This document shows, one piece after another, positions 62,514 through 64,000 of a stretch of DNA of 64,000 nt (its first letter is position 1; each line of letters starts with the position of its first letter). Source of the DNA: Azolla caroliniana (taxonomy: Eukaryota; Plantae; Polypodiophyta); assembly GCA_043228905.1 (NCBI GenBank), contig JBHGNT010000007.1, forward strand, positions 10,292,001 through 10,356,000. Direction: 5' to 3'. Under the pieces are notes generated by a model. The model saw only the letters and a program-made list of their open reading frames with translations. It was not told where the DNA came from and did no database searches. Made by a program: the position numbers and the translations under genes.

Positions 62514-63550
62514 ACACACTAGGATTCAAAGTGGAAGGAGTCGTCCTTTTATGCCAATAGTAATGACTCCCACTAGTATGTTTTGCGCTAACCCCTACAT
62601 ATCCGAATGGATGAAATCGAGCTTGTTATGGCTATGACTGCGCTCATTGGGAAATGGAAGTCGGTGCTGCTTCCCGAACTGACATGTTTCGCAGACTTGG
62701 CCCTATCGGCCACTGAATTTCAACAAGCTCAAAACGATGTTTTCCGTCTACATCTCTTGAAGCCACGGGAAGTTGATGTGGCCAAACCGCTTGTGCCATA
62801 GGTCGATATTCGATTTGACCTTTTGCCCTTTGGCGAACATAGTGGCGCCTACATCGTTTGTCTCGAGGATGAACATCCTCCCTTCTCAGCGCCCTTGTGC
62901 AATAATCCGACCTTCTTCCTCTCTGAAGCACCTGAGGTGAGTAAATTGAACTTGCATGCCTTGGTCAGCAATTTGTCTGACTGACACCAAGTTCTTTGTG
63001 ATTGTCGACACATGCAAGATATTTCTCATGATTCCTCTCTAATCGACATTGCTTAGAGGGATGTCTTCAATATGGTCGATGAGGTGAGGGGTGTCATCGC
63101 CAATTTCGACGACCCCTGGCTATTTTGGCTTCTCTAGCGTCGAGAACCACTCATTGTGATTCGTCATATGGTTTGATGCTACGGAATCCATGTACCACAC
63201 CTCATTCGACTTCGAGGTGCTCACCGCCATCGAGTTGGCTTTGTGCCTCTACCCACTTTCTGAAATAATTTGTCACTACTATGATGTAACGATTACCAAT
63301 CCGCATTGTTGTCGTCTTAAATGGTTCGACAAAGTCCAGTCCCCATTTCTGGAACGGTTCTAGCGAGAGTACCAGCTGGTGAGGCATGTGTGCTTGTTCC
63401 GTTGGTTGCCCCATTCGCTGGCACAAATCACACTCCTTGCAGTACCGTAAAGAGTCCTTTAGGGTGGTTGGCCACCATAAGCCGCTCTGCCATATTTTTC
63501 GCACTGTCGCGTCTCCGCTGTAGTGCCCTCTGGTTACTCCACAATGCGTG
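62514..63550 (-). mobile_element. Mosaic: short copia B LTR end, copia D PR/INT fragment, Tat-like gypsy integrase fragment (63240-63550)
   Basis: 62514-62560 matches the LTR B end. ORF 63202..63504 is closely similar to the integrase at 10300-10580. Confidence 0.8.
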
Positions 63551-63590
63551 TAAAGAACCTAACTCTAGTAGAGTAAAGTATTCAGAAGAG

Positions 63591-63591
<1 letters not shown>

Positions 63592-63687
<96 letters not shown>

Positions 63688-63710
63688 TGTGTGTGTGTGT
63701 GTGTGTGTGT
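63592..63710. repeat. Compound (GT)n(GA)n(GT)n microsatellite, probably within an LTR running off the window
   Basis: Directly visible. The flanks resemble the copia LTR at 41080-41471. Confidence 0.85.
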
Positions 63711-64000
63711 ATAAGCAAGAGAAGGAATTACAGAGAATAACCAAAAAAAGTAATAAAACACACAGTAGGGGGATGACAGGTTATGCAGTTAAGAGAGCTA
63801 TATTAATTAACTGAAGATCATCAACAAAACGCAAATGGGCAAAGGGGGTTTTATATACAAGTCCTCAAGGGACTACCATATTAAATGTGTTGGTGGAATC
63901 TAACCAAGATACTTGAGTACGATTTGTCATAAGAATATCTAATATTCTTTGACTACATTAACACTCAACAACTACACGAATTACAATAAAGTGTGCTCAC

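Noticed and set aside
63321-63814. CV/ER/HT-repeat proteins
   Set aside because: Translations of the GT/GA microsatellite.

Overview
Eukaryotic plant DNA, probably from a seed-free plant such as a fern (inferred from the PLS-E PPR gene and the retrotransposon lineages). It holds one host gene, a PLS-E class PPR RNA-editing factor at ~3.7-5.6 kb on the minus strand with a predicted 75-nt first intron. The remaining ~58 kb is a nest of LTR retrotransposons: decayed Ty1/copia families (labelled A-D here), a 5'-truncated LINE, and three young Ty3/gypsy insertions with target-site duplications (TSDs). These three are (i) a non-autonomous element with apparently identical LTRs that keeps an intact ~880-aa extra coiled-coil ORF, (ii) a chromovirus with no tRNA primer-binding site (PBS) but a Tf1-like self-priming complement, heat-shock-element (HSE) arrays and a -1 gag/pol frameshift signal, and (iii) a member of a tRNA-Trp-primed, 4-bp-TSD gypsy lineage. 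That lineage has a conserved GGATTTT slippery site plus pseudoknot between protease and RT, and a covarying hairpin before the polypurine tract (PPT). All coordinates and identities were read by eye, not computed.
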